NCBI GenBank assembly: GCA_049997875.1
Contig: JBEKRC010000001.1
Location: 172,609-236,608 of the forward strand
Direction of reading: 5' to 3'
DNA from: Minisyncoccia bacterium
GTDB lineage: Bacteria > Patescibacteriota > Minisyncoccia > UBA6257 > 2-01-FULL-56-20
Length of the DNA: 64,000 bases
Below are positions 18,074 to 27,249 of the stretch, in pieces. Made by a program: the position numbers and the translations under genes. The notes beneath the pieces were generated by a model. The model saw only the letters and a program-made list of their open reading frames with translations, was not told the origin of the DNA and made no database searches. How positions within the stretch are numbered: position 1 is the first letter of the stretch; each line of letters opens with the position of its first letter.

Positions 18074-18583
18074 ATGACGCCGCCGCACGCACCCGAGCAG
18101 TTTGAAAAACCTCCCACCAAGAAACAGGTGGTCGCCGGCTTTGTGGTCTATCGGCGGACGAGCGACGGCATAAAATTCCTCTTGCTCTACCGCCGCGGCG
18201 ATTACTGGAATTTTCCGAAGGGGCATTTCCAGCCGGGAGAGCGCAGCATTGACGCGGCGCTCCGCGAACTTGAAGAGGAAACGGGCATTAAAAAATCCGA
18301 ATTGCGGATCGTGCCGAATTTCCGCGCCTATGAACGGTTTTATTTCCGCATCGGGGACCAGGGCATTTACGACACCGTCATTCTTTTTCTCGCCGAGACG
18401 CGCAAGGCAGAAGTAAAAATAATTCCGCGAGAGCACAGCGGCTACGGATGGTTCCTGTATCGCGACGCAATGGGTGTGATCGGCAAAAAATATGGCGACA
18501 CCCGGAAGGTTCTAAAGCAGGCGAACGATTTCCTCCGCGCGCGGAGCAGGCAATACCATCACCCGGCGCGGCCACCGCGTTAA
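18074..18583 (+). CDS. NUDIX hydrolase
   Basis: GHFQPGERSIDAALRELEEETG matches the Nudix box GX5EX7REUXEEXGU. Confidence 0.75.
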   Translation: MTPPHAPEQFEKPPTKKQVVAGFVVYRRTSDGIKFLLLYRRGDYWNFPKGHFQPGERSIDAALRELEEETGIKKSELRIVPNFRAYERFYFRIGDQGIYDTVILFLAETRKAEVKIIPREHSGYGWFLYRDAMGVIGKKYGDTRKVLKQANDFLRARSRQYHHPARPPR

Positions 18584-18624
18584 AGCAACTAAAAACCGGC
18601 GTCGCGCGCCGGCTTTCTTCCAAT

Positions 18625-18969
18625 TCATTTCACGAACGCCACTACTTTCTTGAATACCTCTGGTTCATGCTCGGCGAGGTCGGCGAGTATTTTTCTATCA
18701 AGCACTACTCCTTTCTTTTTGAGAGCAGCGATAAATTTGCCGTAGGTCATTCCTTCCTTGCGGACCGCGGCGTTGATTTTCACGTTCCAGAGCTGGCGGA
18801 AGACGCGCTTCTTTTCCTTGCGGCCCCGGAATGCGTGCGTCCATGCGTGGAGGAGCGCTTCCTTTGCGGCGCGTTCTTTTGATTTGCGGCCCCAGCGGAA
18901 TCCCTTGGTATATTTAAGGACCTTCGCCCGCCGCTTGTTCGCAATGGTTCCCCGTTTTACTCTTGGCAT
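18625..18969 (-). CDS. rplT: 50S ribosomal protein L20
   Basis: MPRVKRGTIANKRRAKVLKYTKGFRWGRK... Confidence 0.9.
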   Translation of the reverse strand: MPRVKRGTIANKRRAKVLKYTKGFRWGRKSKERAAKEALLHAWTHAFRGRKEKKRVFRQLWNVKINAAVRKEGMTYGKFIAALKKKGVVLDRKILADLAEHEPEVFKKVVAFVK

Positions 18970-18983
18970 TTGTCAACCAATGA

Positions 18984-19157
18984 TTAATAGTTTTTTAACG
19001 TTTTTATGGACATGCCAAGCGAGCGGGACTGCCGTTTGTTACGGATGTTTTTTTGGTTCGTCCGCGTGCGGAAATGGTCCACGGCCATTGGCCGGCGCAC
19101 GATCTTGCCGTTCTTCGTTATCCTTATTCGGTCGGTGACCGATTTACTCATGGTCAT
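18984..19157 (-). CDS. rpmI: 50S ribosomal protein L35
   Basis: Lys/Arg-rich 57-aa product MTMSKSVTDRIRITKNGKIVRRPMAVDHF... in the canonical infC-rpmI-rplT order. Confidence 0.7.
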   Translation of the reverse strand: MTMSKSVTDRIRITKNGKIVRRPMAVDHFRTRTNQKNIRNKRQSRSLGMSIKTLKNY

Positions 19158-19266
19158 TTTTTTTGTTTCCTGAAATGGTTTCGCGGAACCCCGTCGGGTT
19201 CGCCAAAGCTGGACGCTCGCTAAAACCGAGCCGCACAGACTCAACGAGGGAAGTGTACTACGCCTT

Positions 19267-19773
19267 TTATTTTTTTGCAATCTGGACGCTCATGCCGTAC
19301 TTCGCGAAGCGGGGCTCGGAGATGCACTTGTATTCCACGGGGATCATCTTCATAAAATCCGCAAGTTTCTCACGCGCCCAGTCCTTCATGCCTTTTTCGC
19401 GACCGCGGAGCCGCATGTTGATCTCCACCTGGTGGCCCTCCGCGAGGAATTCTTCAAGTTGTTTCAGTTTGATCAAGAGGTCGTTCCGCGCCGCGCGGGC
19501 GCTGATCTGCACGTGTTTCAGGCCGCCGCCTTTCTGCGCGAGCCGTTCTTTTCTCTCGCGCTTCGCCTCCTCATAGCGGAACTTGTCGTAGCTCATGAGG
19601 CGCGCCACGGGCGGTTTTGCGTTCGGCGAGATCTCAATGAGATCCACGCCTTCGGCGGGAAGCGTCAAGGCAAGCGCCTTCTCACGCGGAAGAATGCCGA
19701 GATTTTCCCCTTTCTCGCTTATAACGCGGAGTTCGGGTGCGGTTATTTGGCTGTTGATGCGGGGTTTTTGTAT
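19267..19773 (-). CDS. infC: translation initiation factor IF-3, probably with a non-AUG (AUA/AUU-type) start
   Basis: The ORF track starts at a TTG (protein LTLPAEGVDLIEISPNAKPPVARLMSYDKF...). Hand translation upstream in frame gives ...IQKPRINSQITAPELRVISEKGENLGILPREKALA, which is the IF3 N-domain. The earliest plausible start is ATA at 19771-19773. Confidence 0.7.
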   Translation of the reverse strand: MQKPRINSQITAPELRVISEKGENLGILPREKALALTLPAEGVDLIEISPNAKPPVARLMSYDKFRYEEAKRERKERLAQKGGGLKHVQISARAARNDLLIKLKQLEEFLAEGHQVEINMRLRGREKGMKDWAREKLADFMKMIPVEYKCISEPRFAKYGMSVQIAKK

Positions 19774-19956
19774 GGAAGTTTTGGAGAAAAGCTGTCGAGT
19801 ACGCGTGATAGTACCTTATCATTCTAGTGTGGGCGAACGGTCTTTGTCCAGCCCAGCACCACGTTCGCGTCTGTGACGAGTGCGAAATTCGTCCAGCGCG
19901 GCGCCTGCCTCCGTGTGCCTCATCTGTGCTCCCCGTTAGTGTGATAGAATAGCATC

Positions 19957-20532
19957 ATGGACGAAAAACCAGTGAGCCACCCCGGCGTTCCGCAGGAAGC
20001 GTATCACGCGCTCGGGAAGAAGACCTTCGTGATTTTTCTTCTGGACCGGATACACATTGCTGCGGTATTTTTGCTCATTGCAATTGCCCTCTTTGCCCTT
20101 CAGGGCCAGCAATTCTTAAAAAATGTCTTTTCCCTTGACCTTAGTTCCTATGTCGGCTTTTCCGCATGGGTCGCGTTTATCGTCTTCGCGCTGGTTGCCG
20201 CCGTCACTTTTTTGGTTACATGGCTCATTTATAGGAACTACAAATTTTATCTTGGCGACGATGCGCTGAAGATCAAAAAAGGAGTTTTGAACAAAGAAGA
20301 AACCGCGATCCCGTACCGCCAGATCCAGAATGCGGACATAGAAAGAGACCTTTCGTTCCAGATGCTTGGCTTAAGTCGGCTTGTCATTTTGACCGCGGGC
20401 GAGGAGGAAGAAAAATCCGGCGAGGACGAATCGGAAGGAATCCTGCCGGCAATGGACAAAGACCTTGCGGAGTGGCTCCAGGCGGAGTTGCTCAAGCGTG
20501 CGAACGTGCAGAAAGTGGTAGAGGCGCAGTAG
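19957..20532 (+). CDS. bacterial PH-domain (bPH_2/YdbT-like) membrane protein
   Basis: Two N-terminal TM helices, then ...ALKIKKGVLNKEETAIPYRQIQNADIE...LGLSRLVILTAG, followed by an acidic tail. Confidence 0.6.
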   Translation: MDEKPVSHPGVPQEAYHALGKKTFVIFLLDRIHIAAVFLLIAIALFALQGQQFLKNVFSLDLSSYVGFSAWVAFIVFALVAAVTFLVTWLIYRNYKFYLGDDALKIKKGVLNKEETAIPYRQIQNADIERDLSFQMLGLSRLVILTAGEEEEKSGEDESEGILPAMDKDLAEWLQAELLKRANVQKVVEAQ

Positions 20533-20537
20533 GCGCA

Positions 20538-20600
20538 ACGCGAAGCTTTCTCGCTCCTTTGAAGCCAGAGTCGCTCAAAAGCTTCGTGTTGCGCTTACCT
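20538..20600 (+). terminator. long imperfect hairpin plus T-run terminator
   Basis: gcgcaacgcgaagcttt ... aaagcttcgtgttgcgc followed by ttaccttcttcgtttt. Confidence 0.5.
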
Positions 20601-20635
20601 TCTTCGTTTTGGTACAATGGCGGGACAATTGAATA

Positions 20636-20950
20636 GGGGACGCACTGGCTTTGATAAGGGCAAGCAGTGGGTTTGCGGGCCGAGGGCGACGACGTAACCG
20701 CCGCACAAAACATAACTGCCAACTCTAATAGAGTTACAGCTCCGGCATTCGCTTACGCGTAATGCCGGGATCGGTGAGTCCGGGTTCCTTGGGCTCATAA
20801 CCGGTCTTATATAAGGGGACTAGCCGCGGCGGACGATCCTATGCCGCGCGCGAAAATCAGGATCACGTTGCTAGTGTTCCACTAGACACGCCCGTAGACA
20901 GCCCACGCGCATTACCTTTACACGGCGGTTCGATTCCGCCCGTCTCCACA
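20636..20950 (+). ncRNA. ssrA: tmRNA (SsrA)
   Basis: 5' GGGGACG pairs with 3' CGTCTCC (one G-U). It has the T-arm GGTTCGATTCC and the 3' end ccgcccgtctcca (CCA not encoded). Internal ORF ...NRVTAPAFAYA-TAA. A TACAAT -10 box lies just upstream. Confidence 0.8.
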
Positions 20951-20962
20951 AATGTCTAGTGT

Positions 20963-21670
20963 ATGATTGTCGGTAATTTTTTGTGGGGAAGTTTGGAAAG
21001 GAAGGCCCCATCTGCGCATCCCAATTTCTTTTGGTATATAATTCTTAATATCTCACATATGAAAGAATTGCTAGATACACCACAAAGAAACGAGAAGTCG
21101 CGGGCTTTCAAGGAATTGTATTCCAGGGTTTATGATGGTATGAGGCGTGAAAAGATTGAGCGTCTAAGGAAGCACAGAGAGCCGACAGAGTATGAAATTA
21201 CACAAAGGTGCTTTGAGGACGACCTTGAACCCCAGGTGAGACGTGCATTGGAGATACTTTCCCAAAAGGGGTACAGGACGACAGAAAGCGGCTTTTACAT
21301 CTATGGTGACAGGGAAAAAGATTCGCCATCGTTTCTGACCCAGTATATAACGGGATTTTTTGATGTTGGCGATGAAACGGAAAAGAAACTTAAGGAAATT
21401 GGCGTGAAGATCTCCAGAAGGGAAAATGATTATCCCAGGCTTAGCAATGCGGATTTTGACCCTCGTGAGTCTACTATCACGACTATAGAGTTTATGCTGC
21501 CCGAACCGGATATTGAAGCAATAACTTCTCAATGGGTGAAGATCGCCGAATTGCTACCGGTCGTTTCCGAAGATAAGCGCGTTGTTTGCGATAAGAAAAG
21601 GTTGGAGACCAATAGGATCATGCTGGAGGTAGAGGAACGTCGCGATAGGGATCGATATAGGATTTGGTAA
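20963..21670 (+). CDS. hypothetical protein (first gene of the tmRNA-adjacent island; possible ATG start at 21060)
   Basis: ORF track 235 aa with an internal ATG at 21060. AT-rich relative to the backbone. No domain recognised. Confidence 0.4.
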   Translation: MIVGNFLWGSLERKAPSAHPNFFWYIILNISHMKELLDTPQRNEKSRAFKELYSRVYDGMRREKIERLRKHREPTEYEITQRCFEDDLEPQVRRALEILSQKGYRTTESGFYIYGDREKDSPSFLTQYITGFFDVGDETEKKLKEIGVKISRRENDYPRLSNADFDPRESTITTIEFMLPEPDIEAITSQWVKIAELLPVVSEDKRVVCDKKRLETNRIMLEVEERRDRDRYRIW

Positions 21671-21694
21671 GAGGATCGTGCGCCCTACGTGCCA

Positions 21695-21765
21695 CTCACT
21701 GGCGCCCGATTTATAAGCGTCGGTAATTTTCTCAAGTATTCACCGACATCCGTTGTTAATCATTT
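21695..21765 (+). repeat. island repeat unit (family also at 22975-23050, 24765-24840, 26115-26180; partial copy right after the tmRNA 3' end)
   Basis: ggcgcccg...tcggtaattttctcaagtattcaccgacatccgttgttaatcatttgac. The copies at 22975 and 24765 end in gaccactcgtttccaca / gaccactcgtctcc, resembling the tmRNA 3' terminus ccgcccgtctccaca. Confidence 0.5.
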
Positions 21766-21867
21766 GACAGAAAACTACAACAGTGCTAAAACATACGCAG
21801 CCATAGAATATCGTGGCTTGACGCAAAATACTGCCGCAAAAGGAGCACGTTTATGTTTCCGAAATAC

Positions 21868-22215
21868 ATGGAACGGGGCTCGCATGGCCCTATCGTCCAG
21901 CTTGTGATTGTATTCTTGCTCGGTGCCGGATGCGGAAAGGGCCTCGTCGCAGACGGTATGTACGGTGACGTGGCCGTTGCGAACATGCAGGCGTGGCAGC
22001 GTGCCAATGGCATCAGCGATGATGGCGGGTGCGGTCCCGAAACCAGAAACTGCATGAAAGAACGCTGGGGCTTTGATCTCGAACTGGCGTCCCGGTACCT
22101 GCTAGCTGATGCCCCAACCGTCTTTTTCCAACCCGAAGGAGGATGGATTAGGTGGCACCCGGCCGAGGAATACGCGGACCCTCTCCAGTCGTCCCCCACG
22201 TCCCCCCTCGAGTAA
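21868..22215 (+). CDS. small lipoprotein with peptidoglycan-binding-like domain
   Basis: Signal peptide with lipobox LLGAGC. DGMYGDVAVANMQAWQRANGISDDGGCGPETRNCM resembles PG_binding_1. Confidence 0.45.
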   Translation: MERGSHGPIVQLVIVFLLGAGCGKGLVADGMYGDVAVANMQAWQRANGISDDGGCGPETRNCMKERWGFDLELASRYLLADAPTVFFQPEGGWIRWHPAEEYADPLQSSPTSPLE

Positions 22216-22449
22216 TGAGAGAACAGGCTGCGGACAATGCCGCATCGGATCAGGGCGGTAGCAGCAAAATACTACCGCCTCTCTCCTAAGATTATCCGCG
22301 TGGTGGGTACTTTTAGGCGAGAGGATGAATGTCATGAACATAGTGCACGTTGTGAATGTCGCAAGCCCGAACAAGCCTGCTTTTATATTTTTCTTATGTC
22401 ATCTATATTGTATGTAGCTAGCGAATGGATTTTCACCAAAGGAGGTTTT

Positions 22450-22851
22450 ATGGGTACTGCTACCGAACAGCCGCGACTGAAAGTTTCCTGGATTTCTGCA
22501 GTTTGCCTGATATTGCTGAGAAACCTGGCACGGGGAAAACGGTGCGGTCACCGGGATGTTGCGGAGGAATTGAAGCAATTGAAAGATGCCAATCTGCGGT
22601 TTTCCGATCTTGGACTGCGTGCGGCACCCGGCGGCTTCATGTCCGAAGATGCGCTCTTCTGGCTCTGGGAACTTTATCCGATGGGATACTACAAAGGCGA
22701 CCCTCATGCCACAGGGCTCATCTTGACCGACAATGGCAGAAAGTTCTGCGAGGAGATTGTGCGCGAGGAAGCCGAGAAGAATCCCGAGGAGTTTCAATCA
22801 GTGGCAAAAGCTCTTGAAGCGGACACTCTGGCGATATCTATCATCTCATAG
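22450..22851 (+). CDS. hypothetical protein (about 133 aa)
   Basis: An ATG preceded by aaaggagg, downstream of a copy of the tandem 8-mer motif. Confidence 0.4.
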   Translation: MGTATEQPRLKVSWISAVCLILLRNLARGKRCGHRDVAEELKQLKDANLRFSDLGLRAAPGGFMSEDALFWLWELYPMGYYKGDPHATGLILTDNGRKFCEEIVREEAEKNPEEFQSVAKALEADTLAISIIS

Positions 22852-22974
22852 AAGTTCTTCACCCATGTACATTGCGCCCGTCTTCTCGAAAGAAAGGATG
22901 GGCGCTTTTCGTACGCAGGAGGGGATTCAAACAAATGAACATCGTGAACGTAGTGTATGTCCTACGGGATGCTG

Positions 22975-23050
22975 ACCGGCGCCCGGTCCATCAGCCTCGG
23001 CAATTCTCTCAAATATTCCCCGAGTTCCAACGTTGACCACTCGTTTCCAC
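22975..23050 (+). repeat. island repeat unit copy (decayed tmRNA-3'-end-like att remnant)
   Basis: ggcgcccggtccatcagcctcggcaattctctcaaatattccccgagttccaacgttgaccactcgtttccaca. About 110 nt in total are shared with 24720-24840. Confidence 0.5.
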
Positions 23051-23203
23051 AGTGCTCGATATCGAACTCAGAAAGAGCTCGATTTTTGTTACATAATCTG
23101 TTTTTGTCGAGGCCTGGACGATCTTCAAGCGATTTTGAACGACCCTGAAGTTGCAAAAACTTTGTAAACTCAGGGTTGTGGGCGTGGTAATCGCAATGAT
23201 CTC

Positions 23204-23398
23204 TCACGCCCGTTTGTGGGACTTCTGCCACCGGACGTAGCAATCCTCGCCTTTCTCGTCGGGTATCCGATGGAAGAAGACATAGACGTACTTTCCGGGA
23301 AGTTTGAAGCGGATGCACTCTTCGCCAGGCAAAAGGTACTCATGGCAAGAGTAACACTGGAAGAGGAATCCATCCCTTTCAATCCATAGTTTGTCCAT
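23204..23398 (-). CDS. small Cys-rich hypothetical protein (64 aa)
   Basis: An aaggagg RBS directly precedes the ATG. CYSCHEY...EECIRF pattern. Confidence 0.4.
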   Translation of the reverse strand: MDKLWIERDGFLFQCYSCHEYLLPGEECIRFKLPGKYVYVFFHRIPDEKGEDCYVRWQKSHKRA

Positions 23399-24342
23399 AG
23401 GTGCCTCCTTCAGTTCGCGAGATTGTTTTTCTAGGGGATGAACGAGCCGGACTCCTCGACATCAGAGAGGCAAACTTGGCACAGATTTCCCCGATGGTCG
23501 AGGTTGAAGAAGAACCGATTAGACCCTCCCTGTCAAAGAGCTGGGTTGGAGCGACGGGTCGCGAGTCCCGCATCCTCCGATTTAAGAGATCGGTGCTCGC
23601 CTTGAGCTACGCCCCTCTCTGGGGCTGTCCCAGAGAGCGGAGTACCTTTTTCTTGACTTACTTCGTTTATAATATGCGAGGCACCTACCGTCAAGCACTC
23701 CCCGTAAGGGTTCAATAGCTTGTAACCAAAATGAACGTATGCACATTGTGAATGTCCTTGGAATGCCGAATGGTATCTTGTTTAACGGAAATATTAATAA
23801 AACTAAAAAGGGGAGCCAGAGACGATCACGTGAGTCGCTCCAACTCCCCTCTCTTGCTTCTTGCTGGCGCAGGCGGTTGCCTTATTTTGCGATGAGACCC
23901 GAATGGTTGTACCTAAGGCGGTCGATTTGAGTGCAATGATAAGGGTCTTCATCTTCCGGTTGGCCACCCAGGGTTGTCTGCTCCCCATGGGGAGCAAGAT
24001 GAATTGTGTACCCCCGGGGCCTTGCGAGATCTTCCTCTCGCTGTTTGAGTTGTCCCTCGGTCAACTTAGACTTTGTCTTCGCCACTGCGCACCTCGTGTT
24101 TGAGATTACTATGGTATTCACTACCACAGCCGAACTACTACCTTTTATCATTATAACACCTCTCTTATAAAAAAGCAAACATAATCTGCTACGGTTCAAC
24201 AGCTTGGAACCAAAATGAACGTATGCACGTTGTGAACGTCGCAGGGGGATAATCGGGAACAATCTGAAAAACAGAGAAGCTCCACAGCAATGAGAGCATG
24301 AGCTTCCCTGCGTGTGGAGCTGTTGTGTCGAAGGTCTGCCAG

Positions 24343-24627
24343 TTACCAGATGCTGTATGAATCTTCGGAAGGATGGCTTTCTGTAAGGCGGCGCCCTACC
24401 TGTTCCTGTACGCGGTCTTGCGCTTTGGCAAAGCGCTTTCGTGAATTGCCGGGGCGATGAGGCGGTTTTACGTGCCCGTCCTGTCCTGCGCGCTCAACAA
24501 GGTCGATTTGGCCAGCACGGAGGCCAAACTGGACGATAGCTCTGGCGAAGGCGTATTTCTTCCCATGCCGCCCTTTAACTTCCGTGATTTCCCTAGTGTC
24601 TCTTCTTCTGAACCTGAAAGTGGCCAT
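24343..24627 (-). CDS. small basic hypothetical protein (94 aa)
   Basis: An aaggagg RBS precedes the ATG at 24627. MATFRFRRRDTREITEVKGRHGKKYAFARAIVQFGL... Confidence 0.4.
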   Translation of the reverse strand: MATFRFRRRDTREITEVKGRHGKKYAFARAIVQFGLRAGQIDLVERAGQDGHVKPPHRPGNSRKRFAKAQDRVQEQVGRRLTESHPSEDSYSIW

Positions 24628-24764
24628 AGGCCCCTCCTTTGGATTCGCAAACATTTGCGAACACCTGATTAGGTTATAGATGTCGGATTGCGGTATGTCA
24701 AGCGTAAGTCTAACGGCGGCGAGTGAACATAGTGTGCATAGTGCAAATCCTATGGGATACTGAT

Positions 24765-24840
24765 CGGTACCCGGTTTAGCAGCTGTGGTAGTTTTCTCAA
24801 ATATTCCCCGAGTTCCAACGAAGACCACTCGTCTCCGCCG
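24765..24840 (+). repeat. island repeat unit copy (decayed tmRNA-3'-end-like att remnant)
   Basis: ggtacccggtttagcagctgtggtagttttctcaaatattccccgagttccaacgaagaccactcgtctcc. Confidence 0.5.
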
Positions 24841-25220
24841 ATTTCCGTTTTTGGTCGGTTGCGACCATCTCAAAGTGTTTTTTCCAAGCAACCACAAGGT
24901 TTTTATCGTGGAGGCTTAAGTTTGCCGCCATGAAAACAAGCAACCTCGGCACGGTGCCCCCTATTGATTTTTAGGCCGATTTGCTTTTAAATGCTCTCGG
25001 AAAGAGGTACCCATGGCGATGGACATTCTATGGTTGAACATGGAGGCAGAGGCATTCGGCTCCCCGCAAGCGCCACAACCAACATTTACGGGAACTCGCG
25101 GATCGACAGGCAGCCGCGAGTGTGCATATTACCCTCGGCACGCTTTATGCACGACGAGCGAATGAGCGCCCAAACAATAACAGCCCCATCTCTGGAGCTG
25201 TTTTTGTACACCTGTGCATC

Positions 25221-25589
25221 CTACCAATAAAGCAAAACGAGGCCGAGAATTAATGCGACCACCCCGCAGAACACGAGCACGCCGCCCTTATTGAATTTCC
25301 TGTAGAGAGAAACAGACGCATCGGGAAAGAAAAAGATGAAAGCCCCCTTTATGAGGGCCATCCACCCGATGATGGTGACGAGCAGCGGCAGGCCGGAGGT
25401 CCACATATTGTTAAGGACAACGATTACTGCGCCGATCAACACGGCAAGAAATCCCCACAGCCACAAGATCCCCTTGTTCTGAACCGACTCTTCCATGGCG
25501 GCGGCGGTAGCCTTGCTTCTGATGACTATTGATATGCCCACCAGTGCGAAGAAAATTCCCAGAATCTGAGCGATGACGATGGTATTCAT
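25221..25589 (-). CDS. small integral membrane protein (4 TM)
   Basis: 122 aa, four hydrophobic helices. Confidence 0.5.
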   Translation of the reverse strand: MNTIVIAQILGIFFALVGISIVIRSKATAAAMEESVQNKGILWLWGFLAVLIGAVIVVLNNMWTSGLPLLVTIIGWMALIKGAFIFFFPDASVSLYRKFNKGGVLVFCGVVALILGLVLLYW

Positions 25590-25747
25590 ATTTTAAACAT
25601 TAATTGTTAATTAATGACACCGGGTCGGCCTTTCTATAATCATAGTTCTGTTTGCATTAGAACTCCAATGTTGGCAAAAAGTCCCGTGCATCGTGAACGT
25701 ATGCACGTTGTTGAACCGGCAGAGAATCAAGAGGGCGGTTCCGGCCC

Positions 25748-26089
25748 TTACTTTTCTTTAGGGAGGTATGGTTTAAGTTCAGCCGGGGCCATCCCGATCT
25801 GCCGTAGTATTTTTTGTCGCACCGTCGCGACATACGATGGGGTTACCACGAGCGCCTCTGCGACCTCACCTATTGATTCTCCTTCAACGAATAATCTCCG
25901 AGCCACTTCTTCATAGTCCTTGCCCTTTAGGCGAGAGATCCGTTTCTCTATGAGCTTTCTCAACTCTTCCCTTTCCACGGCCTCGTCCGGCCCTAATGTC
26001 GAATCGGGAAGTCGGTGAGTTATTCTCTCCTCTCTGCCTTCAGGCCGCCCCTCAAAATTGCGAGGTTGTTCGGGGAATGATTCTTTCAT
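25748..26089 (-). CDS. stand-alone sigma-70 region 4 (HTH) domain protein
   Basis: LKGKDYEEVARRLFVEGESIGEVAEALVVTPSYVATVRQKILRQ matches sigma70_r4. No region 2 is present (113 aa). Confidence 0.5.
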   Translation of the reverse strand: MKESFPEQPRNFEGRPEGREERITHRLPDSTLGPDEAVEREELRKLIEKRISRLKGKDYEEVARRLFVEGESIGEVAEALVVTPSYVATVRQKILRQIGMAPAELKPYLPKEK

Positions 26090-26114
26090 TTGATTTGGAT
26101 TATAGCCTCATTCA

Positions 26115-26180
26115 AAAACTCAGGCAACTTCCTTAGATAATCCCGAGTTCCAATGTTGACCATTCGTTTTCACCCCAATG
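26115..26180 (+). repeat. partial island repeat unit; probable right boundary of the tmRNA island
   Basis: ataatcccgagttccaatgttgaccattcgttttcacc. Confidence 0.4.
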
Positions 26181-26184
26181 GTCT

Positions 26185-26784
26185 TTGCTGCGTGATATAA
26201 TCAGCTCCATGCGGAAGATTGTTCTTGCGTCGTCCTCTCCGAGGAGGACGGAGATTCTGAATAGGATCGGTTTGAAGTTTGTCGTGGACCCTGGTGACTA
26301 TAAGGAAGACATGACCCTAAAACTCGCGCCAAGGGAACTTGCGAAGAGGTTGTCTTTGAAAAAGGCGGAATCGGTAGCGCGGCGGCATAAGGACGCCGTC
26401 GTCATCGGGGCGGACACCTGCGTCGTTTATAAAAACCGCGTTTTGGGAAAGCCCGGCATTCCAAAGAGGGCAAAAGCGATGCTGAAATTATTGAGCGGCA
26501 GGACGCATTCGGTGTTTACCGGTTTTACTATCATTGACACCAAAACAGGGAAAAGAGTGTCGCGCGTGAGCGAGAGCAAAGTCTACTTCAAAAAACTTGG
26601 CAATCGCGAGATGAATGCATACGTGAGGACGGGCGAGCCCTTGGATAAAGCGGGAGCGTACGCCGTGCAGGGGCGCGGGGCGGCGTTCATAAGGAAAGTG
26701 GAAGGTGATTTTTTCGGCATTATGGGATTACCGCTCTACGAGATTGTGCACGAGCTCGCGAAGTTCGGAGTGAAGATTTTTTAG
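26185..26784 (+). CDS. maf: Maf-like nucleoside triphosphate pyrophosphatase
   Basis: IVLASSSPRR...GADTCVV...GKP...LSGRTHSVFTG. Confidence 0.8.
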   Translation: MLRDIISSMRKIVLASSSPRRTEILNRIGLKFVVDPGDYKEDMTLKLAPRELAKRLSLKKAESVARRHKDAVVIGADTCVVYKNRVLGKPGIPKRAKAMLKLLSGRTHSVFTGFTIIDTKTGKRVSRVSESKVYFKKLGNREMNAYVRTGEPLDKAGAYAVQGRGAAFIRKVEGDFFGIMGLPLYEIVHELAKFGVKIF

Positions 26785-26811
26785 CGAGCGTTTTTTGGGG
26801 TGCCGGCGCTG

Positions 26812-27249
26812 CTATTCGGCACTGCGCATCTCGCGTTCGTGGGCGCGCTTTTTGAGCGCCTCGCGCTTGTCGGATTTTTTCTTTGCGCGGCCGAGGCCGA
26901 GCTCCAATTTTATGAAACCGCGTTTCAGAAAAGCGCAGAGAGGGACGAGTGTCTGCCCCTTTTCTTGGAGTGCGCCGGTCAATTCCTTTATTTCCTCTTT
27001 TGTCAACAAAAGCTTCCGCGAGCGGTCTTCTTCGTATCCCGAGGGGGTGTTCTTCGGCTGGTAGGGTGGGACGTGGGAATTCACGAGCCACGCCTCGCCG
27101 TTGCGGATCAAAACCCGCGCGCCCGCGATTTGCAAGCGGCCGCTTTTTGCGCTTTTTACCTCATGGCCGAGCAACGAAATGCCCGCTTCGTAGGTATCCG
27201 AAATTTCGTAGTCAAACCGCGCCCGGCGGTTTTCCGCAATGGTTTCCAT
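26812..27249 (-). CDS. smpB: SsrA-binding protein SmpB
   Basis: NRRARFDYEI.DTYEAGISLLGHEVKS...LVPL...KRG..KLELGL.RAKKK.DKR. Confidence 0.85.
   Translation of the reverse strand: METIAENRRARFDYEISDTYEAGISLLGHEVKSAKSGRLQIAGARVLIRNGEAWLVNSHVPPYQPKNTPSGYEEDRSRKLLLTKEEIKELTGALQEKGQTLVPLCAFLKRGFIKLELGLGRAKKKSDKREALKKRAHEREMRSAE

Noticed and set aside
22337-22417. Short ORFs opening at the ATG inside each tandem 8-mer motif copy
   Set aside because: Two copies terminate after 6 codons, and conservation among the longer ones is mixed synonymous and non-synonymous. I kept them only as a remark under the island finding.
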